A DNA stretch of 63,321 bases from positions 1 through 63,321 of IMG/VR virus record IMGVR_UViG_3300030117_005840. One strand, written 5' to 3'. The notes under the pieces were generated by a model. It ran no database searches. It had not been told where the DNA came from and was given only the letters and a program-made list of their open reading frames with translations. Shown here piece after piece: positions 28,722 through 41,200 of this stretch. The DNA comes from a virus (lineage: Duplodnaviria > Caudoviricetes). The translations under genes and the position numbers were made by a program. How positions within the stretch are numbered: the first letter of the stretch is position 1; every line of letters starts with the position of its first letter.

Positions 28722-29929
28722 TGGCAGCTCCTGAGTTTAAAGCTAAACCTAAAGGTATTAAAGGTAATATAGTTAGGGCGGTTTTTAATAAATTTAGATC
28801 GAAACCCACTGCACGCGATAAGGCATTAAGTAAATACCCTAAAGACTCCCCCGCTTTCGATACACAACGAAAGCTAGAGGATAGGATAGATGCCCAGAAG
28901 ACTTCCCTATCCGCCGCTGAACGCGCAAAGGTATTAAACAATCAGCTAAAAATGGAGGCTGCGCGAAAGCAGGGAGCCCCGCCTTTACAACGTAGGCAAG
29001 CACCCGCCACTACACCCACCCCTACACCTACACCTACACCTGCACCCGTTACACGCCCACGCACAGAACCTATTAGTATTGATAGGTTTGATAAAATGTT
29101 ACCACCCAAAGAGTTTGTAGCACGGCAACGCGCAGCATACGGTAACAAAGTGCCTAGTTGGCAAGTTTTAAAGAAAGAAGCTGAGGGATATGGATTCGTC
29201 GTCCCTGACAGCCCTAAAGACGTTGTAGAACACAACCGTTTAATGAACCGCAACCTTCAGTATCGAAAATACAAAAGGCAAGAGATTCAAAAGATATTAT
29301 CAGGCGACCCTGAAAGAGCCAAGGCCGAGATATTAGATATGAAACGGAAGGGGGTTGATGTGGATATCGAAAGCCCAATGCCTAAGCATTTAGCTGCGTC
29401 TACAAAAACGGATGAGTTAGGACGAATGGTCCCCGACAGACCACCTATCCAACACAGTGCTGAAAAAAATGCCAGACTTTTATTTGAAGCCCGCAGAAAA
29501 GCAGCAGCCGAAGCAGCAGAAAAACGATTAGCAGGACAACCTGATAACCTGATTCAAGACCTAGCTGAAACTGTTGCATCACAACAACCGCCCAAACCGG
29601 CTTCTTTAAGGATGGGGGGTGATCCCTTCGCAGAAGCCGAAGCTCAAATAAAATTCGGACGTAATATACCTCAAGTTAAGCGGCAAGGCACAGGAGGGGC
29701 GAGCAGTAAAACAACGCCGACTATTGATCGTCCTGTAGGACAGCCTAAGAAGATGTCTAAAAAGAAAAAGGCAGCTTTAGGAGCACTTATTGGAAGCCCA
29801 GCTCTCATCCCCGCTGCCGCTTACTGGGGTAGTGAAGATGAAGAAGAAGAAGAGCCACCGCAAAGGTCTTGGAAAGAAGGAGAGAGGGATAAATATCTAA
29901 AGTCACTAGGGATAAGCATAAAAAATTAA
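28721..29929 (+). CDS. Putative internal virion or ejection protein
   Basis: 402 aa, PT repeat, C-terminal hydrophobic segment; upstream of the giant gene. Confidence 0.5.
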   Translation: MAAPEFKAKPKGIKGNIVRAVFNKFRSKPTARDKALSKYPKDSPAFDTQRKLEDRIDAQKTSLSAAERAKVLNNQLKMEAARKQGAPPLQRRQAPATTPTPTPTPTPAPVTRPRTEPISIDRFDKMLPPKEFVARQRAAYGNKVPSWQVLKKEAEGYGFVVPDSPKDVVEHNRLMNRNLQYRKYKRQEIQKILSGDPERAKAEILDMKRKGVDVDIESPMPKHLAASTKTDELGRMVPDRPPIQHSAEKNARLLFEARRKAAAEAAEKRLAGQPDNLIQDLAETVASQQPPKPASLRMGGDPFAEAEAQIKFGRNIPQVKRQGTGGASSKTTPTIDRPVGQPKKMSKKKKAALGALIGSPALIPAAAYWGSEDEEEEEPPQRSWKEGERDKYLKSLGISIKN

Positions 29930-29933
29930 GTAA

Positions 29934-30860
29934 ATGGCTGTTAATTATAACTCCCCATATTTTGTAGACGAGGAAAATAAAGTAGTCGGTCCCGAAGTCT
30001 TTATAACTCCTGAGATGGCCGACGCCGGATGGAAGGGCGGTAAAACCGTAAAACTAACGAATAGTAATGCGAAGAAATTTTTAGCTCCTATCAAACGCAT
30101 TCAGCAAAGACTTTCATACCCATTAATAACCGCTAAAACTAAAGACCCCAAAACGGGCGAGGAAATAGACGAACCCGATTACGCCAAGACCCACAATTGG
30201 GATGCTGAAAAGAAGAAGTGGGTTCCTAAAGAAGTCAAAGAACCTGATTACGGTTACGATATCGAAGCTGAAAAAGCCAGCCGCGCTGAGCGTGGGCTTC
30301 CTGAACGGATATCTATTAGAGAGCAACCCCTTCCTGCATGGACTGACCCAACATATACAGGCCCAGCAGTAGCTCCTGACTTACCGTTTCCTATCGAAAG
30401 GAAGCCAAAACCAGTAACTCCCTTGACGGGACGCCGCCGCGCACTACACCGTCAACGATATGGCAAAGAGTTAAGTGGTAGGTTATCGGAAGGATTAAAG
30501 ACGGGAAAATTTAATACGGTAAATGAGGAAGATGAGGCAAGGCGCAAAAAACTAGCACTCACGGATGATCAATCCACCCTATTCTTGAAGAAGGAACTAG
30601 CTAGGACGATAGAAGACAACATCGCCGCCGATAAAGATTACTATAAGAAAGCAGATAATCTGGACGAACTAGAGAATATTTTTGCTATTGGCGAACAGAT
30701 TGACCCGTGGTCTGGTAACATGACTCAGGCCAATATTGAGAGGTTTATAAATAAGATCGAAACTCGCAAACCATCGAAGCAGGAAATTTATGAGCAGGGT
30801 AAAGCACGCTTAGCACGCCAGCACGCTTCTCGTTTTGGACCTGCACCATGGGATAAATAA
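29934..30860 (+). CDS. Hypothetical protein
   Basis: 308-aa ORF in the operon. Confidence 0.55.
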   Translation: MAVNYNSPYFVDEENKVVGPEVFITPEMADAGWKGGKTVKLTNSNAKKFLAPIKRIQQRLSYPLITAKTKDPKTGEEIDEPDYAKTHNWDAEKKKWVPKEVKEPDYGYDIEAEKASRAERGLPERISIREQPLPAWTDPTYTGPAVAPDLPFPIERKPKPVTPLTGRRRALHRQRYGKELSGRLSEGLKTGKFNTVNEEDEARRKKLALTDDQSTLFLKKELARTIEDNIAADKDYYKKADNLDELENIFAIGEQIDPWSGNMTQANIERFINKIETRKPSKQEIYEQGKARLARQHASRFGPAPWDK

Positions 30861-30865
30861 GCAAA

Positions 30866-32194
30866 ATGGCTGAAGGAGATATAGCATACGACCCGAATTA
30901 TATGTCGGGTATGGCAGCGGCAGTCCCGACTGGACGGCAATCCTCTCGTCTACGAAGAGCCGCAGAAAGATTACGCAGACAAGGTTATAGGTCTGAAGCA
31001 GGCAAAATGATGCTTGAGGCAGAAAATATGCGTCTCAATGAGCCGTCCATAATGACGCCTGCATTCCGCTCTGCCGTAGAACAAGGAAGAGAAACTGTAG
31101 CCGCCGCCCGTCGATCCCATTTCGACGATACGATAGATTTTGAAAGGGACATAGTTCCCATGAGGCAGCAGTTCTTTCAGGATATAGCTCGTCCCGGCAT
31201 ACCAATAGGCCAACAGGAAATGTTAGCTAACAGATTTATGCCGTTATTAGATAACGAAGTGTTTGAAAGGCAACAGCGAGCGCAAAAACTACGAAGAGAT
31301 GAGGTTGCGTTTGAGCAAGCCCAATTGAATTTGCAAACTGCCAGAGACGCTACTAAACGACAACGCGAAGTGGAAGGCATATTACCTAATGTGGTAGATC
31401 AGATTAACCCCATAATTAGTGCCGACGCTACCAGTTCAGATAAGATTTCAGCTTTATCAGCTCTTAAACTTAAACACCCCACAGCGATTACTGACCCCCG
31501 TTTATCGGCTGTATTCAATACCGCGTATACGCAGGTAGCTGGGCAGAGAGAGGATGAGAAAACATCTGCTAGGCAGAAGTTTGATACCGCACTTGCCGCT
31601 GCTAGAACGGGATCAACGGAGGTCGTAAACGAATTTTACGCGCCAGATGATTCAATAGGAAGAGATTTAAGTGCCCTAGCCCGAGCCGTTAATAGTGGGG
31701 CTGTATCTAAAGCAGAACTGAAGAGAGCAGAGGACGCCTTGGTGCAAAAGCAATCTGGTTTGGAATATTACCTAACCCGTTTATCAGAGGCAGATAAGGA
31801 AGTTAACAGCTCCATGACTGCATTCGCTAAAGGCAGGGATGAGTTAGCTATGCCCTCACAAACAGGAGAAGCTGCGGGAGCCCCTCTATCTGTAGAAGAC
31901 TTCCGTAAGATGCAATTTGTCCGTGTATCCCGAGTTCTTAGGGATGTCATAGGACAAGAACGATTCGATAAAACGGATTTCGCAGACGTTGATTTAGAAA
32001 AAATCAGCTCTGACGAGTTAGTAAAACAATTTGCAGCGTTATTACGTCAGACGCGTGACGCCATTTCCTCTAAACGAGATGAGTTAAGTGGCCGCCGTTA
32101 CTCTTCGCTACCATCTTCAGGGGATCAGCCATCCACGGCTAGTGGGAGGCAAAGTCTCTTTGAACGCAAATTTGGGATTTCCCCAATCAGATAA
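30866..32194 (+). CDS. Putative ejection protein
   Basis: 442 aa, helical Ala/Gln/Arg-rich, directly before the giant protein. Confidence 0.5.
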   Translation: MAEGDIAYDPNYMSGMAAAVPTGRQSSRLRRAAERLRRQGYRSEAGKMMLEAENMRLNEPSIMTPAFRSAVEQGRETVAAARRSHFDDTIDFERDIVPMRQQFFQDIARPGIPIGQQEMLANRFMPLLDNEVFERQQRAQKLRRDEVAFEQAQLNLQTARDATKRQREVEGILPNVVDQINPIISADATSSDKISALSALKLKHPTAITDPRLSAVFNTAYTQVAGQREDEKTSARQKFDTALAAARTGSTEVVNEFYAPDDSIGRDLSALARAVNSGAVSKAELKRAEDALVQKQSGLEYYLTRLSEADKEVNSSMTAFAKGRDELAMPSQTGEAAGAPLSVEDFRKMQFVRVSRVLRDVIGQERFDKTDFADVDLEKISSDELVKQFAALLRQTRDAISSKRDELSGRRYSSLPSSGDQPSTASGRQSLFERKFGISPIR

Positions 32195-32234
32195 TGAGGT
32201 AATATACCTTTTAACTTTAACAACCTAATCTGCT

Positions 32235-35200
32235 GTGCCAGACGCTCCTATTCCACCACTTGGTGGGGTCAATGACCCCGTATTATCTCCTATTAAACAG
32301 GAGGACACGTTCAATGATTATGAATCATGGTCAAATGCCCGAGGGATGACCACTGAGGAGCCGGTTGAAAGCATAAGAAACTACGCAGATTATGTAAGGG
32401 AGTGGCACCTCAATACAGGCGAGCTGACTGACGAGATCGACGCGTCGATAAATACCGCCTTACTGCAAAAAGCACAGCAAATAGGAGCTATAGGGACTCC
32501 TGACGTAGACCCTGATTTTGAGGCTAACGCGGTAAACTTAGTAGGTGCACGTGATATTTCCTCTGACAGAAAGATTTCTCTTGTGCGTCAAGCGTTAGGG
32601 GATTTAGAGGCAGATAACTTTTCACAGAAGTTAGAAGCAGACCCTACAGACCCCTACGTCAATAACCGCTTAAATGAATCTAAAGCATTATTAGTTCGCA
32701 CAGGCGAAATCCCATTTGCTACCATTTCAAGTATTGATGGAAACGAGCGGAGTATAATAGGCGGGCCTGCTAGTAGAGGTGCTCATTTAGGGGATGCCTT
32801 TAAACGGTCAGCCATGGCAGGGACTGTCAGTTACGCAGACGCAGCACAAGCACTTAGATTTTCCCAGACCAAGAATAGTGACGGGCTTAATGTTTTTGAA
32901 CAGCAGGAACTGTCCGAATTAATGGTCGAGATGGCCGCAGCTAAGGCCGATAAATCCAATTACGATGTAATGGGAGGGGCTTTAAAAGATGTAAAAGAAG
33001 CCATTAGTAAAGCCGATAAGATAAACAAAGAGTTCATCGACACGCCTTACAAATCTATAGAGGACGCCAGGGAAGCACTACAACGTCATTATAGCAAGAC
33101 ACGAAATTCTTACGGAGCTAAGGCTCACGGTAGGTTTTCAGATAGGGACATAGGGAGAGCACTTCAGGTATTTGCAGCGCAGGACTTAAACCATTCGGGA
33201 GCATTTGAGTTTTACGATGACCCAGAAGAAGATAACCGGAACATCCGCATGTTTGGTGGTGTGCCTATGGCTCACCCCACGCTCATGCTAAGGCGTGACC
33301 GCTTTGAAAGCGCGGTAGATAAAGACACACGTCTTACGGACGAACAACGTATCTCCTTAAAACAACGCAGACAGGCTTATGTAGCAGGTGCGTTTGACCA
33401 CTATAAAGATATTTTAGATGAAACCAGTGCCACAGGTTCTAAATGGCGGGCTGCTTTGCAGGCAGGACGAGTTAAGGGAACTCCTGATGTAGACATATTA
33501 GATAATTTCTTAGCAGACCCTGAGAATTACAGCCATTTCAAAAACCAATTAACTCAATTCGGATCGTCTATAGAAGCATCGATAGCACAACTTTGGTCAT
33601 TCCCTGCTCAAATATTTGGCAGCTCTTCTGCACGTGAGTATAATGAAAAGGAAGCCAAGGAAGACGCAAGACGCAGAGAAGTTGCAGCCTTGTTCGGGGA
33701 AGAATTCAGTTGGGTGCTAGACGCCGCAGGAACAGCTTCTGCTGTTGTCGTAGATGCTTTGGTATCGTTAGGATTAGCAGCATTTACGGGAGGTGTTGTG
33801 GGTCTGGGTTACCTATCCACACAGGCTGGATCACGTGTGACTGCTAAGGGTTTAGCAAAGAAGTCTATGGGACTTACTTTATTGAAACCCAAATTTTACC
33901 AATCCCCTAAGCAACTTGCTGATGACCTGATAGCCAACAACCTGATTAAGACTTCAGGAACCGACGCTGCCAAAGTCGGAGTGGAGAAGGCTATCGAAGC
34001 ATATACCCGCGCCATGTCTAATCGCTTTATGCGTCAGACTACCATGGCAATTCCATGGGGAACACGTTCAGGTGGTGGGATGTTTGTGTCCGTATATGGC
34101 AGCCTGCCTGATACAATGTCACATGAGGAAAAACATGCCATTGCATTAGGTGCTGGACTAAAGGCAGCGGCATCGACCATCCTTATAACATCAGCATTTA
34201 GCAAGATGGGGTTGGGTGGTTTCGAAGATTCTTTATTGAATCGTGGGCTTTCCTATAAGGAGATGAAACAAGTCCTTACCAAACTATCAGGTCAAAAGGT
34301 AGGAAACAAGGAAGCTGAGGCTTTAATTAAGAGCCGCATGGCAGAGGCTATACACGAATTGGACCGACCCTTTAATAAAGGTGTAGGTAAATTCCTTAAA
34401 GCTAGGGCTAAGGACGCGTTGCCTGAAGGCATGGAGGAGGGTCTGGACGAATTTGTGCAGAGCTTTATTGAAGCCGCTGCGTTGGACGAAGAACGCCCAC
34501 TAATTGAACACATAAATAGAGCGTTAGTAGGAGCGAGAGCGGGAGCCTTGATTGGCGGCACACTCACGCCTGCCATGCGCGCCGTTAACCGGTTCGCTAC
34601 AGGAGCAGGAATAAAAGATGCTGAGTCATACGAGCGCGATCAAATTCAGAATATAATTTCGACACTGGAAGAAAACGACAGCCCATTAGCTGCTGCCGAG
34701 CTACGTAACTGGACACGCACCGCGTTGGCAAGAGGACCACGGGAAGCCCTGCCACCAAGACCTGAAGGCGCGCCCTCACTTGAAGAAGACGTAGAAGCAG
34801 AAGCCACAGAAATCACACCACCCGTAGAAGAAGATGCAGAACTTATTCCAGCATCTCCTGCTAAACAAAAACACCACAGGCAGGTTAACAAAACATTTGC
34901 AAATTACTACGCGACAGATGGAGCGACCATATTACCATCTGTCCTACCGCGCATAACTGATGAGGCTGAACTTCAGGCAGCGCGCAACGACGCCGACTAT
35001 AATATAGATTCGGATGGAGTCATTTATGGAGTCCGCATTGGCGGGACTTGGGTGGGTTTCCCTACGCGGAAAGCTACACGGAAAGATTCGCCCGAAACAT
35101 TAGGGCAGGACGAAATGCCATTCATTGATGAGGTCATGGCACAAGGCGGCCCTTCACCTAGACCGGGATTCCGTAGAGTAAAACGTAAGACAATTATTGA

Positions 35201-38200
35201 ATCGCTTGAAAAGGATGGCGTTGATGAAGACGGTAAAGATAAATACAAAACCGTCGAAAGAGAAGTCGAGGATTTTGAATGGGTTCCTATGTTTGAGCAG
35301 GAAGCCCCTGCAATACCTAAAGCATACACCACTGAAAGTGGCGAAGTGCAATATGAATTCCCTTTCTCAGCAGCGTTGGATAGGCCGGTAGAACAAAAAA
35401 TACAGCAGCTTTTACTGCCTTTAAGTGAGCAGACAAGTTTACCATTAGGTGAAGGTGAGGCTGTAACTGAACCCGACCCATCTGCAATACCGGAATTTGC
35501 TAAGTTAGCCGAAGGCGACGAGCGTGAGCTATTTGAACGTGCGTTGGAAATACTATCCAACTCAATTAAGAATGAAGGGCGTATCCAATCTAAGCCTGTA
35601 ATTGATTGGTTAGATAATCAGTTTGAACGCAACGGCACAATATCTCCTCAATTACTGGATTACATAACTCAGACCATTGAGGTAGCGGTTCAGGAATCAG
35701 GGACGGTGGACTCTGAAATGGCTGATTTCAGGGAAGCCATTTTCACTTCATTCAACACAAGTATGTCTCTCATGCTGGAAGATCGGCTACGTAAAAAGGA
35801 CGTAGCTAAAAACCAGTCTGACCAGTTTACTGACTGGCAGAAAAAGAAAGAGGAAGATGAAAAAGTATACGAACAACTGGAATTCAACTTGAGTGATAAG
35901 GGGCAAGAGGATTTTAATAATGAGGTAACTAGCGCAAGACAGAAGATAAAGGAGCTGTGGGACGTAGACCCCAATACCTTCCCCGAATACGTAAAATTTG
36001 AGGATGAGTGGCCTGACGTAGCCGCAGATATATCTCCTGAACTATTGGAAAAGTGGAAAAACCGTATAACGGAATTCTATACTAGATACCTGAACCCTAA
36101 TTTGTTTGCGGGTGAACCTATTTCCAAAGCAGAGGACAAACGCTACTTAGATCATAAGAACATATTAAACGACTATAAAAATAGGGAGGGTGCTTTTTCA
36201 GATGGAGCAGTAGAAAATCTGTATGACGAAATACTTGATGCAGAGCGGTTCATTCTACAAGCATACGACCTTTATATCCAGAACCCCGAAGGGCAGAGCA
36301 TTATAGCACTACCTAAAGAACAAGCTGGCAACCAAATCCTAATCGTAGAAGATACATCCAAGATTAATTTTGAAGAGGGTGTAATAGGTGATTCGCAATT
36401 CGCATTTAACATAGGGCCAATAAAGAGGCTTGAGGCGGCACCCGCCGAAGATGAAGCCGTCATAGATGATATGACAGAGGTTGAGATAGGCGTAAACCTA
36501 GAAGACGCTGATTCATCTACCGAATATGCTGAATACTTATATTTCGCGTTAGAGGAGGTGCGCAATAAGGAAGACTATGATGACGAGGGAGCGGATAAGT
36601 CAGTAATAGAAACCGCCGGTTTCCGAGAACTAGCTAGTTTTTTAAGAGATAAACGTGCAACAGATTCACCTATATTAGCGAATGATAAATTACCCCGTGC
36701 TTCAGTAAAAATACTTGGTGACGAGCTAAAGCGGTTAGCAAATATAGCATCAACGGCAGATGGGTATGCGTCGGTAGTTGATCCGCTCAACAACAAAGCG
36801 GATGAGATTCTAGCGAACTTAAAAGCTACTAAGCCCACCACCCCCACCGCTTCGACGGTGATTGAAAGTAAGATCAGTCGGACTGAAGATGGTGGAAGAG
36901 AAGATGAACTTTCATTAGATGTCGCAACTCTAGGATTAAACATCTTTGGAGGGCATACATTGGAGGGATCAGATAAAGCTGACTCATCAGCCAATTTACG
37001 CTTCGATAATGCACTGAATGCTGAGATGCAGCTTTGGAAGTCAGAGGCGGTTAGTCGTTGGGAGAGAGCTTTCGAGTTAGGCGATAAGGAAGCCATGAGG
37101 GTTGAGAATACATATTTAGCTGCGCTAAACTCTGGTTCTCTATCGGGGCGGTTCGGCGGCAGCTTCGTCGGTATGTCTTTTATAGGTAATTTAAGCGCAT
37201 CGGATGGCATTCCTATAGCCCTTTTAGAGAGGTTATATTCTGATATAAAAGAGTCATATGAATATTGGAGGGGTGCTAAAAAATATGATTGGTTCCTCCC
37301 AGATGTAGTGCGGAGGGACAAGCATCCCGAAGACGTAGACTTATTAAGGGATAAGCTAAAGTTACTCAGCGATCATTTATCAGAAGTAAGGAATGATCCC
37401 AGCCAGCTATCGCCTAATTCACAAGAAGAATTACCTATATTCGTCGGAAACACAGACACAGAGGATTACCATTATAACGCATCATGGAAGAAAGCCGGAG
37501 GTAATGACTTATATATAGAAATAGATACAGGGTTTATCGCAGACCCATTGGAAAAAGCAGCCGCTGATAAGTTCGTTGGTGCCTTCAGCAGACTTAAAGT
37601 TGAGAAGGTGGGCGAAGGCACCGGAAGGCATATAAGATGGCGCGCTACCTTGGATGGCGAGACTTTAACTAAGAATGATGGGAGTGAGGCTATCTTCAAG
37701 AAACTGAAAGAGGCCAAAGAATTTGTATTCAACGACGATAATACTCAGCCCCCAGACGAATTAACTGTCCTTTTAAATAACGTCGTATACGAACCAACTT
37801 CAGCTCTCCCAGACCCTAAGTTTATAGTTGCCTCTGGGCTAAGGACGCGTTTCCTGACGGAAGAGGACAAAGCGGAGATACTAGCAAGACCGGATGCAGC
37901 CGCTGCGGAACCAGTTACTGATGGCATCACCGTCTTTAATAGTAAGTGGTCAACAGAGCGGTTAGAAACTGAACACGGCACCGAAAGATTCCCCAAAGAA
38001 ACGCAGCAAGGACGCTTGGATAACGCCAGAGACTATTTCGGTTCCGGCTATGAGCTAGGTTTGTCGGGAGCGCAGTATGAAGCCCCCAGATGGAAATGGA
38101 TTTATGAACTGACTGCCTTCAAAGAAGGGTATGCAAGTGGTCGTGAACAATCTGACGCGGACGAAACTCTCGAAACATCAATAGGTTCATACGAACCATC

Positions 38201-41200
38201 TCCTAATTCAGTTTACTCAACCCATCTTAGTGGGGATGACGGCGGTGACCACATCCAACCCTTGCTGAGCGGAGCCAATTCAACAGAGGAGAGGCAAGCC
38301 ATTCTGTCTGAATGGACGAAAAGAAACCCATTAGCATCTGCCCAGCTAAGTTCATTTATGACCAAGTGGGCTAGGATAATGGCTTATAGACCAATCTTCG
38401 TAACAAAGAAAGAGGATGGCACATCTGTTTATACCTACCATGAGGATTGGGAGGCAATGGTTGCAGAGGAGTCGGAGAGACTCCGCAAAGAAAACCCCGA
38501 TATAACTGAAGTCGAGGCGTATGATAACGCAGCTAAGTCCCTTATAGGTGACGATTACAGAGAGCGCATGCGCTACGCATCATTACTGAACAGCGCAGTT
38601 CTTGGAGGTTTTGAAGAAACCCGCATGCCTAGTGGTTATAAGGAGGATGAAATACCTATTTTGGATGAGCCGGATATGTATTTCGGTATTAACTCAAGCG
38701 TCCTTGAGGAGTATAAGCAAGAAGCTGAAACAAATATTAGAGAGGAATACAACCTATCACTTAATTCAACATTGGTTGGGTATGAAGAGTATATAAGGCT
38801 AGAGCAGCAAAGACTGGCTGAGGTAGCTTGGTCGGAAAAGATGACTCAAAACCCAACGGGAGTTATGGCTGAGGCCGACGCTCCCTTGTTGGTTAAAGCT
38901 ATTTCTTCTGTTTTAGCTATAGCAGAATCCCCCGGCTCACCTTTGAATGGAAGAGGGTTAAACACAGATATATCAACTGATAGCTTTAAGAAGGTTCTTG
39001 AGATGGCAGATGAAGCCGCGCCTTTCTCAGAGTTTGTCGAGTTCCTTGAGTCGGATGAAATGTTCGGTGAATCTGAGGCAACCCAAGAAGCTATTAACGG
39101 TATACTCAACTACTTGGGTTACGACTCTGTTATTGATCTTCGGGCAGTTGATCCGATGCAGCCAAGTGGAATGCGGAGAGACACGCCAGCCACACTTGTG
39201 GTATTTGATTCACGCCGCGTGAAGTCCGGCAACCCAATCACATTTGACGATGATGGGCAGATCATACTACCCGAAGACCGAATTGATTTAAGGGATTACG
39301 ATGAGCGCAGGACACAAGTAGCTGCTTTTGAGTCAACCACCCCGCCGCCAATGATTTCAGGAACCCATAATGGGATGGAGGCTATCGCGGCAGATGATTC
39401 AGAAAACACAGCAACTGATATAAAGCGCAGGGTTAACGACAACGTAGGACTAGCATTAGACGTAGCTTCATCGAATGGAGTAAACACAACGGTTGTCCGC
39501 AGCTTAGATTACGCGCCCGGAGGCTCTAAACAGAATGCACCCCCTATGTGGGCGAAGGGTAATATGGTCTACATCAACCCTTACGGAGTAGCCCGAGCCA
39601 TAAGTGGATTGCAGGATAAAGATGCCCTGCACTTATCCGTTACGATGGTCAGTGAGGAGATGGCGCACGTAGCCAGTTGGAACGTCCTTACAAGGGCTGA
39701 AGTTCAGGAAGTAATCGATAGCTTAGGTGACGGTGACTTTACAGATATAGCAGATGAATATTACCAAGACCAATCCTCTAAAGAGGCTTCGTTTGCGAGA
39801 CTCAACTCACCTGACCCTACCGTATCCGGTAAGGAAAAGTATAGGCTAATTGAGGAGAAGATGCGTATGCACGCACAACGAGTGGTGCGTGGCTTTACTA
39901 CTGAAGAAGATAACAAGTTTTTTAGGAGTAACCCCAATCTGCTCCAGCGTGCAATCCGTTACATGAAAGGATTCCTACGCCGGTTACTTGAGCTTCGTAA
40001 AGTCCAACGCCAGAACCCTCATCTCGCCAGAGCGACTGACCGCATTGTTACCCAATTAAGGATGATGAGAGGTAACTTCAAAGCTCCAGATATAGAGCCG
40101 TTTGATGTTAACAATCCTGAATCCGGTATGGTGGCTCTTGCAACTCAGATCGATAGCACGGCAGAGCTAAATGATACGTCGATGATTCCGGTAAAGTATG
40201 ACGAGGATGATAATATTATCCAACAGCCATATGACTTGTTAGGTTCTCCATTGCTCACTGGTAAAGGGTTCAGGAATAAGGGTGCAAGGGATTTCACAAA
40301 GCCCGACTACGTGGAACTACCCTATGCCGTAATTAAACCTGACAGGGCTAAAGTAGAAGCTGCTATCGACAGTGGAGCCATAGACCGAGCCGCCGCATTG
40401 CTTGCCAAACAAGCTGAGGAATCACTTAGTGACCCCGAACTGCCTGAAGATATCGGGCAGGCACGCTTCGGTGTATGGGGAGCGCGCTCACTCCGTAGAC
40501 TTTTATATAAAGCACCCGTTAAAGCATCCCAATCCCGTTGGCGTATCCAACCACCAGCCGAGCAGGGTATATCCGGTGGGGACTTACTAGCAGCAGAACT
40601 GATCTTTAACAGGGCAGCTAAACAATTGGATATGGATACTGCGGAACTACACGCGGTTATGCAGTTTGCTGAGAAAAAGATATGGGCAGGTAATGGATGG
40701 GTTGACGATGTAGGTGTAAAGGAACCCGAGGACACCGCCCTACATACTTCGATCTCATTGGTGGGTGTGCCGGATGATGCGAGCGAAGCCATAGAGAACA
40801 TAAGGTCTTTAGGAACCACTGCGGTGGCCTTTGCAGGTCTTTCAAATGAACCGGTAACAGCAGTGCGCCCTTCCAGTTTAGGGTTCCCTAAAGAATGGGA
40901 TGCTGCATACGACAGTTTTAAAGAGGTAGCAGAGAGGGGAGGACTCCCTATCGGTGTAGAGAACATCTACTTTAAAGTGAAGCCGGGGGTGAACTATAAA
41001 AATGAAGTAGAATTGTCTCTTCTTTGGGTTCCGCATACAATGCAGAGAAAGGGCGTGGCTAAGGCTTTATTAAAAGCCTTATTCAAAAAGGCCGATAAAA
41101 CAGGTGCCATGGTTTCTGCTTTAGCGAAGGCGTATACCACAGACGGCCCCCAAGGAAAGGAACTGGTTTCTTTCTACCAGAGAGCAGGAATGACGGGCGT

